DNA of 43,104 bases, taken from the IMG/VR virus record IMGVR_UViG_3300044852_000024, positions 1-43,104 of that record. One strand, 5' to 3'. Positions within the stretch are counted from its first letter, which is position 1. The number at the start of each line of letters is the position of its first letter. A model generated the notes under the pieces. The model searched no databases and had not been told where the DNA came from. It saw nothing but the letters and a program-made list of their open reading frames with translations. A program made the translations under genes and the position numbers. This document shows, one piece after another, positions 18,993-26,242 of the stretch. The DNA comes from a virus (lineage: Duplodnaviria > Caudoviricetes).

Positions 18993-19580
18993 TTATTCGG
19001 CGGAAGGAAGACCGACAAGCTTGTTGAGATCCGCAACCTGTATGGCCGGAAGATTCGATTTCGGCGCCGAAGTAATTGGCGGTAGCAGCTCGACAACTTC
19101 CGGCCACGCCTCGACAAGCCGCTTTATGGTGCCGAATTTATCCAGCGTGGCCCGCACTTGGTTTTCGATAATCGTTCCGCGCTCTACCGCCGCTTTTTCT
19201 TCGGCTTCAATATCGTGGAATTCTTGACAAAGAGGACTGGACGCCGTGATAGCCATTCTATTATTCGGCGCCTCACTATAACCGTTCAATTTCACGGTTA
19301 CCGAAAGTCCGGCGAGGTTTACGTAAAACGACGAGCGCCGCTCAACAATATTGGAATGGTCTTTCATTTCCTGAGGCAAAGCACTGTAGGCGATCGATGC
19401 CTCGGCGTTGATCTTGGAATACTCGGCTGACTTTTCTGGTCCGCCGATAACCTCAATCCGTACGCGCTCAGCCCATGCGAACCGCTTTATTTTGATCGCC
19501 TCAAGCTCGCCAGTTATGCCTGACTTCGCTACTGCATTCTTGACGACCGCATCTTTCAGCGCCGTGGTAATTCTGGTCAT
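18993..19580 (-). CDS. Nmad5-like (nucleotide-modification-associated domain 5) protein
   Basis: 'R.T..LKDAVVKNA', 'TIKRLVEAWPEVVELLP', 'NLPA' resemble Nmad5 family ends (recognised by eye). Confidence 0.6.
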   Translation of the reverse strand: MTRITTALKDAVVKNAVAKSGITGELEAIKIKRFAWAERVRIEVIGGPEKSAEYSKINAEASIAYSALPQEMKDHSNIVERRSSFYVNLAGLSVTVKLNGYSEAPNNRMAITASSPLCQEFHDIEAEEKAAVERGTIIENQVRATLDKFGTIKRLVEAWPEVVELLPPITSAPKSNLPAIQVADLNKLVGLPSAE

Positions 19581-19607
19581 GGTCTTGCTCCTGTCATTTG
19601 AGTTCGG

Positions 19608-19636
19608 ATAATAACTATATCAATCATTCGTGGCAA
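19608..19636 (-). promoter_or_regulatory. Promoter TTGCCA-17-TATTAT with operator ATAGTTATTAT (19608-19618) over the -10
   Basis: Exact operator copy; 17-bp spacing. Confidence 0.65.
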
Positions 19637-19927
19637 TCAAGATTCGAAGAAATCCCGATAACTGCCGTCAGTGTGAAAAATGCAACCGTGCGAGCCGATA
19701 CGGTGCGGATGATGAAAGCAGCTATGGCAAACGGCATACCGTCCGGTCTTGGCGTGCATCTGCGGTTTTTCTACTCGGTGCCGGTATTCGTCCTTGCGCC
19801 AGTCTCGGGCGCCGCATAGGCATTTCGGTTGAATCTTGTAGGCGTCCGGGTGCATCTTCAGCTTGCGCCTGGCCAAGCAATTTCGGCATCTGCAATGCGT
19901 TTTCATTAGTGGATTCTCGATTGCCAT
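19637..19927 (-). CDS. Cys/His-rich (Zn-binding) hypothetical protein
   Basis: 96 aa; CRCRNC, CLCG, CHSCFHHPHR..S.GC. Confidence 0.65.
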   Translation of the reverse strand: MAIENPLMKTHCRCRNCLARRKLKMHPDAYKIQPKCLCGARDWRKDEYRHRVEKPQMHAKTGRYAVCHSCFHHPHRIGSHGCIFHTDGSYRDFFES

Positions 19928-19975
19928 AATTATCGCTCAGGTGGTACTATCCGCGAAACATAATCACTATGTCAA
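19921..19975. promoter_or_regulatory. Overlapping opposed promoters (+: TTGCCA-18-TACTAT; -: TTGACA at 19975-19970) with operator at 19960-19970
   Basis: ATAATCACTAT operator between the divergent genes, just upstream of the Cro-like gene. Confidence 0.65.
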
Positions 19976-19988
19976 CACGGAATTAATT

Positions 19989-20426
19989 ATGCCACCAATC
20001 GACCTGCAACAAGATGACCGAGGCCGCGCACTGGCGAGCGTCATCGAAGAATTCGGATCGAATGCCGAACTTGGCCGCGTTACCGGGTTTCGTCCTGCTG
20101 CCGTCGGCATGTGGGTTCAGCGCGGCTATATGTCTCGGCGTGCGGCTTATACGCTGGCCGAAGTCACCGGTCGCGAAAAAGAAGAGTTCCGGCCTGATCT
20201 GACCGCTGAAGAGTGGGCGCGTGATTTCGCAGGCCCGGTGCCAGGAGAGCCGCCAGTCGCGCAGACCCAGGATGCGAAACTGCTGGTCAACCTGGCGCGG
20301 CAGTTCGGTAGCGTTAAAGCCTTATGCTCGGCAGCCTTCATCTCGGTCAGCGATTACCACACGTATAAGTCACGCGGTCGCATTCCCGCCATCAAGCTGC
20401 CTACCTTGCTCGGGCTTCAGAAGTGA
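19989..20426 (+). CDS. Cro/YdaS-like transcription regulator with two tandem HTH domains
   Basis: ATG at 19989; 'EFGSNAELGRVTGFRPAAVGMWVQRG...FRPDL' and a second 'QFGSVKALCSAAFISVSDYHTYKSRGRIP'. Confidence 0.7.
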   Translation: MPPIDLQQDDRGRALASVIEEFGSNAELGRVTGFRPAAVGMWVQRGYMSRRAAYTLAEVTGREKEEFRPDLTAEEWARDFAGPVPGEPPVAQTQDAKLLVNLARQFGSVKALCSAAFISVSDYHTYKSRGRIPAIKLPTLLGLQK

Positions 20427-21280
20427 GCGGCCAGCTGGTTCCGCAGCACGTCGTCGACCGCGCCAATGAAGACATTGTCGGCGTGATTCGCGGGTATTTG
20501 CCGGATCTGAAAAAGACAGGGAAGAACTGGTCGGCACGCTGCCCATTCCATCAAGAGAAGTCGGCGAGCTTTACGGTCAGCGAAGGCAAGGACATGTTCT
20601 ATTGCTTCGGCTGCGGAGCTGGCGGCGACGCTGTAAAGTTCGTGATGGAGCATCAAGGCCTGTCGTTTCGTGATGCCGTGCAATCGATCCTTGGCGAGCT
20701 GAATCTTGAGTCTGTCGACGCGACTCCACGCAAACAAGCTATCCGCGCAACTCGCTGCAATCTGCCAGGCCATGCCGAAGACCGCGAGAAAGCCGCAAAA
20801 TTCCTCTCTATCTGCCAACCAACTGAACAGCACAAATACCTCATGCAAAACAACACCGCCTCCAATGTACAGTGCCTTAACCTGAAAGCATCACTTATCG
20901 TCCCGCTGATCAACAACATCGGCGAGACAACCAACGTCGCCGCGATCAGTAGCACCGGCATCAACTACGCAGCCGGGAACCCATCGTTCGGCTCTACCGC
21001 CATCCTCGAACCAGAAGGCGGACACGACGGTAAAACAATTATCTGTATCGGATACGCACACGCCTGGCGCCTGTGGTGGTCGCAATGCGGTCGCAGCCGT
21101 GTCCTATGCGCCATGGAATACGACAACTTCAATTGGATGCTGGCCAACTGCAAGGACCGGTTCACGCACATTGGCTGCGATCCGTCCGATGCTGATCACC
21201 ATGCTGACGAAGGCCGCGCAATCATCGCGCTGCCACTTGATCCTTACGCCAAGGTTGACAGAAAGCAGTGCTGCGGATAG
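20423..21280 (+). CDS. DNA primase-like protein (CHC2 zinc finger, degenerate TOPRIM)
   Basis: 'CPFHQEKSASF...FYCFGCGAGGD'. Confidence 0.82.
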   Translation: MSGQLVPQHVVDRANEDIVGVIRGYLPDLKKTGKNWSARCPFHQEKSASFTVSEGKDMFYCFGCGAGGDAVKFVMEHQGLSFRDAVQSILGELNLESVDATPRKQAIRATRCNLPGHAEDREKAAKFLSICQPTEQHKYLMQNNTASNVQCLNLKASLIVPLINNIGETTNVAAISSTGINYAAGNPSFGSTAILEPEGGHDGKTIICIGYAHAWRLWWSQCGRSRVLCAMEYDNFNWMLANCKDRFTHIGCDPSDADHHADEGRAIIALPLDPYAKVDRKQCCG

Positions 21281-21283
21281 CCT
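21255..21283 (+). promoter_or_regulatory. Sigma70-like promoter TTGACA-17-TAGCCT for the small RNA (no operator)
   Basis: Perfect -35, 17-bp spacer, TAnnnT -10; at the end of the primase gene with no downstream + gene. Confidence 0.65.
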
Positions 21284-21289
21284 GAAGAT

Positions 21290-21350
21290 CCCCGGTTCTG
21301 CTCCTGTCAAGTGCCTGCCAGGGTTGCCCTATCTTCGGATGGGGTTTTTA
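21290..21350 (+). ncRNA. Candidate trans-acting sRNA antisense to the early-gene RBS motif
   Basis: Bounded by a promoter and a terminator; contains TGCTCCTGTCA (21299-21309), complementary to UGACAGGAGCA. Confidence 0.6.
21326..21349 (+). terminator. Intrinsic terminator with C(UUCG)G tetraloop
   Basis: GCCCTATC-TTCG-GATGGGGT-TTTT. Confidence 0.8.
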
Positions 21351-21375
21351 TTGCCTGGAGAAAATGCAAGCGAAG

Positions 21376-21397
21376 AAAAGCCCGCGCTTGGCGGGCT
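21376..21397 (-). terminator. Intrinsic terminator for the leftward early operon
   Basis: Minus strand AGCCCGC-caagc-GCGGGCT-TTT. Confidence 0.75.
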
Positions 21398-21414
21398 ATT
21401 GAGCAGCGCGTATA

Positions 21415-21900
21415 TCAATGAATTCCGTATTTCTCCTGCTGTATTTTCATTCGGCATATGTCACATGTCTCGCGACAGCCCGATGCAGCTGATGGATTAG
21501 CCCAAAATCTCTCAAGTTCCCTGGCCGTTTCACACTGGATGCATTTCTTTGCAAGAATACCTCCGATATTTACCATCTGCCCACGATTGTAAAGGTCGAT
21601 ATCCTGCAACGGTAAAGCCTGGTAAACGGTCACATATCCGCATCCGTAAAGCTTGGCTACGTTCTTTCTGGTTCCTAGTCTCATAACGTGGAATCTGATC
21701 TCGTGCGAAGGAGCCGCGAGCTTTCCGACCGGATTCTTTGCGCCCTTACCTTGCATTTCAAGTCCATTAAGTTTTAAATTTTTGCGAAGACTTTGCCAGC
21801 ACACCCCAGTTGCTATTTCTACCTCCTGCCATGGCTCGCCAGCCATACGCATTTCATGTGCTTTTTTTCTTTGTTCCTGGGTGATCAGCATCCTGCTCAT
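21415..21900 (-). CDS. Hypothetical protein with HTH-like N-terminus and CxxC...CxxC C-terminus
   Basis: 161 aa; GGAG RBS; 'KKCIQC...CRETCDIC'. Confidence 0.65.
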   Translation of the reverse strand: MSRMLITQEQRKKAHEMRMAGEPWQEVEIATGVCWQSLRKNLKLNGLEMQGKGAKNPVGKLAAPSHEIRFHVMRLGTRKNVAKLYGCGYVTVYQALPLQDIDLYNRGQMVNIGGILAKKCIQCETARELERFWANPSAASGCRETCDICRMKIQQEKYGIH

Positions 21901-22793
21901 TGATTCATCTCCTTGACCTTGTCGAGGCAGGCGTCAACCAAGTGTTTATGGTCTTTGCAGCCAATCACTCGATATATCAGAACACCATCGACGGTTTCAT
22001 GCTGGCAGCTCCAAGGGTTTCCGGACTCGCCTGTCACGTCGCAGAAAGAACATCGAACCACCGATACAGGAGCGGGCTGCGAGGTGTAGAGGGGTATGCG
22101 AGCCTCATAAATTGGATGGTTTTTAACCCCCCAAAGTGTGCCAGACCAAAGAGCGCCCCCAGCGATCGCTGCAAGATCCGAAGTATTGCCCCACGCCACC
22201 GCCTCACCCTGCCCACCCTTCAGCCGCTCGATTTCATCAATCGACTCGTTGTACAGGCTTTCGAAGCTTTCGGATTTCAGCCGCTCGTTCTCCGCCATCA
22301 GCCGTGCAATGGTTTCGTTCGCCTCATCGAGCCGTGACGCCTCAACGCGGGTAGCGAGTAACTGGCGTTGTTCAGCGATGGTGGCTTGCAGTTCGGCGAG
22401 TTCGGGCGGGGCGGTGTGCTCGACCAGATATTCAAAACACTTTACGAACTCCTGCCAATCAGAGCAGTTTGCTAACTGATGACCATGTTCGTCCGTGAAG
22501 TTGTAAAGCTGTTCAACACGCTCCATGAATGCGCGACCGTTCTCTATCGCGCCATTTGGAAGCTGGCGCTCGACGACAGGGGCACACGATCCATCGCACC
22601 CATCCAGCTGGACGGGGCATGCGTGCTCGACGGCAGGGGCGGCCTTCTCTTGATCCTTACGGACTAAATCAAGAATGTAGTAGGCGTCATCAGATTCAAT
22701 GACACTACACTTTTTATAAACCAAGATAGGCCGGCCCGCAGAGTGGTCTATGGCCCAACCATCATGTTGAATAGGTTCAATTTTACTGCTCAT
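21897..22793 (-). CDS. Mosaic hypothetical phage protein (coiled coil; 'GEAVAW', 'PLYTSQPAPVSVV')
   Basis: 298 aa; GGAGCAAGCGAATG start; motifs typical of Pseudomonas prophage accessory proteins. Confidence 0.7.
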   Translation of the reverse strand: MSSKIEPIQHDGWAIDHSAGRPILVYKKCSVIESDDAYYILDLVRKDQEKAAPAVEHACPVQLDGCDGSCAPVVERQLPNGAIENGRAFMERVEQLYNFTDEHGHQLANCSDWQEFVKCFEYLVEHTAPPELAELQATIAEQRQLLATRVEASRLDEANETIARLMAENERLKSESFESLYNESIDEIERLKGGQGEAVAWGNTSDLAAIAGGALWSGTLWGVKNHPIYEARIPLYTSQPAPVSVVRCSFCDVTGESGNPWSCQHETVDGVLIYRVIGCKDHKHLVDACLDKVKEMNQ

Positions 22794-22826
22794 TCGCTTG
22801 CTCCCGTGAGATTGTTAGGGTGCCTG

Positions 22827-22928
22827 TCATAGCATTACACCTCTCATGCGCCACACGATCAGTACGGCTACGATTGGGCCAAGTATCTGAATGGCGAAAA
22901 TAATCAAGGCAAATGTACGTCGTTTCAT
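22827..22928 (-). CDS. Small membrane peptide (33 aa, MKRRTFALIIFAIQILGPIVAVLIVWRMRGVML), not in the ORF track
   Basis: TAAGGAGCAAGCGAATG start identical in form to its neighbours' starts; single TM helix. Confidence 0.6.
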   Translation of the reverse strand: MKRRTFALIIFAIQILGPIVAVLIVWRMRGVML

Positions 22929-22939
22929 TCGCTTGCTCC

Positions 22940-23134
22940 TTAATCCCAGCAGCTGAGTTCTTCGTCGATTTCTTCAGCGGGTTCGCCAATTTCGGAAAGG
23001 TTGTCGCAATACTCATAGTTGTCGTAGATCGTTGCGCCAGTCTCCCAGCAGAATTGCAGATTACGAGGCGACCAGTAGCCGCAGATTTTTCGCATATGCA
23101 ATGCGGCGCGGAGTATCCAAATGAACTTGCTCAT
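22940..23134 (-). CDS. Hypothetical protein (64 aa)
   Basis: GGAGCAAGCGAATG start; ATGA overlap. Confidence 0.6.
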   Translation of the reverse strand: MSKFIWILRAALHMRKICGYWSPRNLQFCWETGATIYDNYEYCDNLSEIGEPAEEIDEELSCWD

Positions 23135-23484
23135 TCGCTTGCTCCCGATTCGGTGGGTTTGCTGTCGAAGTGTTCGGCGGTAGCGGTAACTACGTGATAC
23201 GCAGAGTCATCCACATTGATTCGTCCGAGAGCGTTTTCGCTATACCACAGCATCAACAGGTGATAAGCCACCGCATTCCGCTGCTCGGCGGCTGTCAGGC
23301 GATGCTCTCGCTGCATATCCAGAGAATGCCAATGCTCAAGCTGAGCCTTGCACTTGGCCAGCTCTTCCCGCAAAGCAGCGAGATGGGATTGGGCGGCTGT
23401 ATAAGCATCGGCGCAAACAACGTACGCATTTCCTTGCATCGAATGATAAAGGTCGTTCACGCAGTAAATTCGAACTTCACTCAC
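23131..23484 (-). CDS. Hypothetical coiled-coil protein ('LAALREELA...LTAAEQRNA')
   Basis: GTG at 23484 after GGAG; C-terminal 117 aa of the 179-aa track ORF. Confidence 0.6.
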   Translation of the reverse strand: MSEVRIYCVNDLYHSMQGNAYVVCADAYTAAQSHLAALREELAKCKAQLEHWHSLDMQREHRLTAAEQRNAVAYHLLMLWYSENALGRINVDDSAYHVVTATAEHFDSKPTESGASE

Positions 23485-23518
23485 GGTAATCTCCAATCTG
23501 CTGTGCCCGGTGGGGCGG

Positions 23519-23670
23519 TTATTGTTGGGCGTTGCGCGTGTTCTGCGCTCGCTTTTTCCATCCGGCATCCCAGCGCTTGCGGGAATGCGGCGACTTCTCT
23601 TCATCGAATGGATTTGCGTCTCGCGCCTTACCGTCGCGGTGCGCGGCGTAGCCTTTTCGAATGCGGTCAT
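23519..23670 (-). CDS. Rmf/CrpP-like small protein; appears to need a -1 shift after MTAFEK (or is a 1-nt-deletion pseudogene)
   Basis: 'KGYAAHRDGKARDANPFD....RKRWDAGWK' motif lies in the -1 frame relative to the coupled ATG at 23670. Confidence 0.5.
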
Positions 23671-23774
23671 GCCTCGAAGCTCCTATCACGCACCTTCGCG
23701 TTATGAACAAGGCGGCAGAAGATCGCCGCCACGATGCAGGCCAGCGCGAGCCAGCCGAGTAGGAAGGTGGTCAT
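23667..23774 (-). CDS. Small membrane peptide (35 aa, MTTFLLGWLALACIVAAIFCRLVHNAKVRDRSFEA), not in the ORF track
   Basis: ATGA overlaps at both ends; GGAG RBS; TM helix. Confidence 0.6.
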   Translation of the reverse strand: MTTFLLGWLALACIVAAIFCRLVHNAKVRDRSFEA

Positions 23775-23986
23775 AGCGGCTCTCCAAAATCATTGTCAGG
23801 CGGATCAAAGTCGTCGAATGCTTTCTGCTGTCGCTCGGTGTCGGTTAGTCCTTCACACTTTGGGCAATCGAAAACATCCCAATCGCCTTGGGTGCCAATG
23901 AACTCTTGATGCCGGCCATGGCCGCCACATATTTCGCAGACTTCAGACTCTTCATCAGGCTCTAGCCAGCGGTCATGGGGCGTCAT
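23771..23986 (-). CDS. Small Zn-finger protein (CxxCxGxG...CxxCxG)
   Basis: 71 aa; DnaJ-like Cys motif pair. Confidence 0.65.
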   Translation of the reverse strand: MTPHDRWLEPDEESEVCEICGGHGRHQEFIGTQGDWDVFDCPKCEGLTDTERQQKAFDDFDPPDNDFGEPL

Positions 23987-24072
23987 TGGTTGATACCCGC
24001 CAGCATGACAATCACCACAATCGCTGCCAGGCTAAAGATCAAATCGTATTTTGTAGGCCGACTTCTTTTCAT
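23983..24072 (-). CDS. Small membrane peptide (29 aa, MKRSRPTKYDLIFSLAAIVVIVMLAGINQ)
   Basis: TGATG and ATGA coupling; TM helix. Confidence 0.55.
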   Translation of the reverse strand: MKRSRPTKYDLIFSLAAIVVIVMLAGINQ

Positions 24073-24167
24073 CAGATAACCCCTTCGATAGTCAGCATTG
24101 CGACGGCGCAGATGACTGCGGCGGCGATCAGCATGAAAGTTGCCAGAGTTGCTGCCAGGCGAATCAC
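24072..24167 (-). CDS. Small membrane peptide (31 aa, MIRLAATLATFMLIAAAVICAVAMLTIEGVI), not in the ORF track
   Basis: TAGTG coupling to the upstream stop; almost entirely hydrophobic. Confidence 0.5.
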   Translation of the reverse strand: MIRLAATLATFMLIAAAVICAVAMLTIEGVI

Positions 24168-24412
24168 TAGCGGCCACCGTCTTCGACTGCGGTGTAGGTG
24201 ACCTCGAAAGATAGGAACGATTCGTCTTCGAAGTGGTAGATAAGAATGTTTTTATCGCGCAGGATTTCTTGGCGGCTGAACGATGTTGATGCTGCCAGAT
24301 GAGGATTCCTTGAGCAGCGGATCGACTGCGCGATAGTGCGACGCTTGCCAAGCGGCAGAATGTAGGTTTCTTCTGGCTGGCGAATGCCGTCGGTAAAAAT
24401 CTGAGTATTCAT
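24167..24412 (-). CDS. Hypothetical protein (81 aa)
   Basis: TGACAGGAGCAA RBS; first gene after the promoter at 24478. Confidence 0.7.
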   Translation of the reverse strand: MNTQIFTDGIRQPEETYILPLGKRRTIAQSIRCSRNPHLAASTSFSRQEILRDKNILIYHFEDESFLSFEVTYTAVEDGGR

Positions 24413-24449
24413 GATTTGCTCCTGTCAGGGATTTTGTTTCTACATAGCA

Positions 24450-24478
24450 ACTGTAGGCTTGCATAATAACTATGTCAA
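24450..24478 (-). promoter_or_regulatory. Sigma70-like promoter with operator (TTGACA-17-TACAGT; operator at 24463-24473)
   Basis: Member of the repeated family. Confidence 0.8.
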
Positions 24479-24799
24479 GCCCTCCTGCCAGTGGATTCGC
24501 ACGGCAGCCGATATCTCGTCCTTGTCGCCGGTAACCTCGCCGCCAGGCCAGAAGCAGTGGAACTCATCCGGCCCGAGGCGGCTTAGCGCGAAAAGGTTTA
24601 GCGTCCATAGCGTTTGGGTCTGACGGATCCATGGCAGCTTTGCAGGCGGCGGAGCTATCACTTGATCCATGCTGACCAGATATCCTGGCTGGAACATCGC
24701 CTGATAGCTTCGCAGGGATTCGGCAGAGTCTTCGTCTGGGTCTGGATCGATTACTCGGCAGGTCTTGCCGTCAGCGAAAGACAGGTCAAAGATTTTCAC
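24470..24799 (-). CDS. Hypothetical protein
   Basis: GTG at 24799 after GAGGAG. Confidence 0.6.
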   Translation of the reverse strand: MKIFDLSFADGKTCRVIDPDPDEDSAESLRSYQAMFQPGYLVSMDQVIAPPPAKLPWIRQTQTLWTLNLFALSRLGPDEFHCFWPGGEVTGDKDEISAAVRIHWQEGLT

Positions 24800-25037
24800 C
24801 GGTGATCTCCTCACAAATCCCTATCAGATCAGCCGTGCAACCATATGCAGATTTGCTGGCGATGATCGATGACGGCAACCGCGTAACCAGATCCGCACAC
24901 GCTGCCCAGTAATCGAAGCGGGCATTGGTCAGCAGATCCTTGGCGACCAGTACGGCGGTTGGGTGCTCGATGTCGGCCGACAGGAATTGTTGTTGGGCCG
25001 ATTCCAGTTGCGTGCGTAGTTGGTGGATTGTGGTCAT
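24786..25037 (-). CDS. Hypothetical protein
   Basis: ATG at 25037 after GGAGG; TAATG coupling. Confidence 0.6.
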   Translation of the reverse strand: MTTIHQLRTQLESAQQQFLSADIEHPTAVLVAKDLLTNARFDYWAACADLVTRLPSSIIASKSAYGCTADLIGICEEITGENL

Positions 25038-25540
25038 TACTTGTCCTCCAGGCCGAGATAGGTGCGCCACTGAACCTTGACGCCATCAACCATAAATCCC
25101 CAGGTGCCTTGATACGGTCCGCTGATGAACAGAGTCCAGGCGCCACCAGGAAAGATGGTTTTGATTCGGTGGTACTCGCCAAACCGAAGCGTTGCGGTAT
25201 CGCCAAATACCCTGCTGCGCTCGCCATCAAGTCGCTGCTCGATATATCCGCCGCGCAAAATAATTGTCCGTGCATTCCACGGATGGTCATGCATATCGCG
25301 ATCCTGGTCCGGCAGGCGGATCCAGTGGATTCGAATGTTCCATGGGAACCATTTGTGCTTCGAGCCCATCTGCTGGCCGTCGACGCTTTCATATGGATTG
25401 AACAGCCAGAAGCGCTCCATGTAGGTCTGGCCGTCCTTCACGATTGGGTAATAAGGCGTCTTCATTGCGCGATTGATCAGCCTGTCCGCAATCGGACGGC
25501 AAGCCAAGATTTTTGCGATGATAGAAAAAGCGATATTCAT
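25037..25540 (-). CDS. Cupin-fold phage protein
   Basis: 'YMERFWLF', 'DRDMHDHPW...IILRGGY.E', 'YHRI...WTLFI.G...WGF'. Confidence 0.75.
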   Translation of the reverse strand: MNIAFSIIAKILACRPIADRLINRAMKTPYYPIVKDGQTYMERFWLFNPYESVDGQQMGSKHKWFPWNIRIHWIRLPDQDRDMHDHPWNARTIILRGGYIEQRLDGERSRVFGDTATLRFGEYHRIKTIFPGGAWTLFISGPYQGTWGFMVDGVKVQWRTYLGLEDK

Positions 25541-25719
25541 TATTTCCCACTCCCCTGCACCAAAATTTCCCGCGATGCCTGCCAGGCGCGCCAAGCATTC
25601 TCGGTGCCGACAAACGTGTACTTACCGCAATCTTCGCGATGAAAGCGAATCGTCCAGTGCGAGATTCCCGCGTACTGATACCACTGTTCGAATTGCTCAC
25701 GGCTTTCTTGTTCGGTCAC
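25540..25719 (-). CDS. Small hypothetical protein (59 aa, MTEQESREQFEQW...AWRAWQASRE), not in the ORF track
   Basis: GTGA and TAATG coupling; AGGAG RBS; common phage motif. Confidence 0.65.
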   Translation of the reverse strand: MTEQESREQFEQWYQYAGISHWTIRFHREDCGKYTFVGTENAWRAWQASREILVQGSGK

Positions 25720-25907
25720 TTTTTATCTCCTGTCTTTGGTTTATCGCCAAACAGCGCTTGGCGCAAAATGAATTCGTCACGCGCAACATCGACCTCGGTT
25801 ATTTCGTTTTGTCGGTACTCTTTGCCGATATCAACATCCAAATACGCGGCCCGAAAAACCCGCGCAAGAGCATCCTCAACAATCGAATCCCACTTATTCA
25901 CAGCCAT
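25716..25907 (-). CDS. Hypothetical protein (63 aa)
   Basis: GGAGG RBS; overlaps neighbours. Confidence 0.55.
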   Translation of the reverse strand: MAVNKWDSIVEDALARVFRAAYLDVDIGKEYRQNEITEVDVARDEFILRQALFGDKPKTGDKK

Positions 25908-26242
25908 TCCTCCAGCCTCCTGACAGCCAGCGCCAAACGCTCGCGATCCTCAATAGTAATTATCTCGCCGCGCTCAATAGCCACTCTGCCGCACTCCCAG
26001 ATCAACCATTCATGACGAATATCTTTGCGGTCTTTGTGTTCAATCTCCAATGACGAGTACGTTTTTCCATCAAAAACAATGCATTCACCATCGATTATTG
26101 AGCCAAAAACCGCACAATCGTCCACTTCCAGCAAAAACCCATTGCGCAGCTCATCAATAGCAAACGACCGATACTTGCCGTCAGCTGGCGTCGGTCCGAG
26201 GCGAACTCCGTAATGCTGGCGAATCGCTTGGCGCGGGGTCAT
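25898..26242 (-). CDS. Hypothetical protein, possibly a replication accessory
   Basis: 114 aa; TGATG coupling to the DUF3987-like gene. Confidence 0.6.
   Translation of the reverse strand: MTPRQAIRQHYGVRLGPTPADGKYRSFAIDELRNGFLLEVDDCAVFGSIIDGECIVFDGKTYSSLEIEHKDRKDIRHEWLIWECGRVAIERGEIITIEDRERLALAVRRLEEWL

Noticed and set aside
19863-21280. Lysogeny module (integrase, CI, att)
   Set aside because: A Cro-like gene is present, but no recombinase or CI/S24-peptidase repressor was recognised anywhere in the genome
21295-21312. TGACAGGAGCA copy as the RBS, or its TTGACA as the promoter, of a minus-strand gene
   Set aside because: No start codon at RBS distance and no -10 at 17 bp; it lies beyond the minus-strand terminator at 21376-21397
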